Source: an uncultured Thermoplasmata archaeon (GTDB taxonomy: Archaea > Thermoplasmatota > Thermoplasmata > Lutacidiplasmatales > UBA184). From it: a DNA stretch of 64,000 bases. The position numbers were made by a program, and so were the translations under genes. This document shows positions 63,314 to 64,000 of this stretch, piece by piece (the first letter of the stretch is position 1; the number at the start of each line of letters is the position of its first letter). The DNA is taken from the NCBI GenBank assembly GCA_963773945.1, contig CAVZDD010000005.1, positions 908,163 through 972,162 on the forward strand, written 5' to 3'. The notes below the pieces were generated by a model that saw only the letters and a program-made list of their open reading frames with translations, was not told the DNA's origin and made no database searches.

Positions 63314-64000
63314 TGTCGGTCCCTCATGAGCGAGCGGTCAAGCCGCTCCTTCAACTCGAACAGTGTCCTTTCCGCCTCATCCATCTTACGTTCCCGTAAG
63401 AGGTCCGTGGCGTTCCGAATCTCAACGGCCGCTGCGCGGGCGAGGTCGCTGTCGCCCGGGAGTTTCTGAATGCGTGCGGCGAGCTCCCGCGCCTGGGCTA
63501 CTAGGCTCCGGACGGTATCCGAGCGAGGCGTCACGGCCTTTACGGGGGGAGCGGGCGTTACAATCGCTGCATCCCCAGGGCGCGAAGAGACCAGGGCGGG
63601 GGCCGAAAGGGTCGTTGGTGGCCCATAGACGGAAACCGGCCGGTCGATCCGCTCGGCTCGACGAACTGGCGCCCGTTCGGTCGGTCGGGCGAACACCGGG
63701 GCCGCCTCCGGAGCGGGGGCGGGTTCTGCCGCGGCCTCGGGGGCCGGCGGCACGCCGGTGGCGAAGATCAGTTGCTGGAGTTCGGTGGCGCGCTGTGTTG
63801 CTTCAACGAGCCGGTTAGCCCGGAGGAGCTTGTGCGCCTCGCGGTCGAGGTCGGTGCCGTGGCGACGTCCCTCGAAGGCGGGGGGCCAAGAGGTGACTTG
63901 GGACGAAAGGCGGTCAAGGAATTCCTCGAGGGCCAGCGGGAGGGAATCGTGGAGCCGCATGAGCGCTTCGGCGGCGAGTTCGGCCGCGTGGTCGAGGGCG
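63310..64000 (-). CDS. Hypothetical alpha-helical/Pro-Ala-rich protein; the ORF remains open to the window edge, so the start is undetermined
   Basis: Protein-like composition with helical N- and C-terminal regions; 4-bp overlap with the downstream gene. Confidence 0.4.
   Translation of the reverse strand, partial: ALDHAAELAAEALMRLHDSLPLALEEFLDRLSSQVTSWPPAFEGRRHGTDLDREAHKLLRANRLVEATQRATELQQLIFATGVPPAPEAAAEPAPAPEAAPVFARPTERAPVRRAERIDRPVSVYGPPTTLSAPALVSSRPGDAAIVTPAPPVKAVTPRSDTVRSLVAQARELAARIQKLPGDSDLARAAAVEIRNATDLLRERKMDEAERTLFELKERLDRSLMRDRQ

Noticed and set aside
1-64000. CRISPR arrays, integrases/transposases, restriction-modification genes
   Set aside because: No short regularly spaced direct repeats, no tyrosine/serine recombinase, transposase or DNA methyltransferase signatures were recognised. 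The only mobile-element-like signal is the tRNA-linked direct repeat.

Overview
GC-rich (~65%) archaeal chromosomal segment. Archaeal hallmarks are TFB, aRF1, RFC small subunit, Gar1, Taw1, Sec61-beta, ribosomal proteins S17e/S19e/L31e/L39e, aIF6, and TATA-box promoters with short or absent leaders. Lineage is not assigned; surface proteins carry thermopsin-like beta-sandwich repeats dense in N-glycosylation sequons. Housekeeping content: a conserved translation-protein cluster (S19e, PDCD5-like, L39e, L31e, aIF6, with S17e divergent), TFB-Gar1, RFC, aRF1, thioredoxin, MoaB/MoaC, PurN, GlmM-like mutase, PPAT, SppA, site-2 protease, a DtxR-regulated ZnuABC-type metal uptake operon, a molybdenum-hydroxylase cluster (MocA-like, XdhC, fused CoxS-CoxL, CoxM), a class-III aminotransferase, tRNA-Arg(CCT), and several SAM methyltransferases. 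Accessory-like content: an 8.5-24 kb block of secreted, glycosylated repeat proteins (one split by a single-base insertion inside a tandem repeat), an HNH endonuclease, and at least four very long coiled-coil proteins. The most system-like novelty is a translationally coupled minus-strand operon at 45.4-51.5 kb: vWA/MIDAS protein, small P-loop NTPase, a protein with GTPase-G4-like motifs, and a ~900-1080 aa coiled-coil giant of unknown function. Five ORF disruptions map to short G/C runs, so base-level indel errors in the assembly must be excluded before any pseudogene interpretation. Because of the high GC content, most long ORFs on the opposite strand of real genes are shadow ORFs and were rejected.
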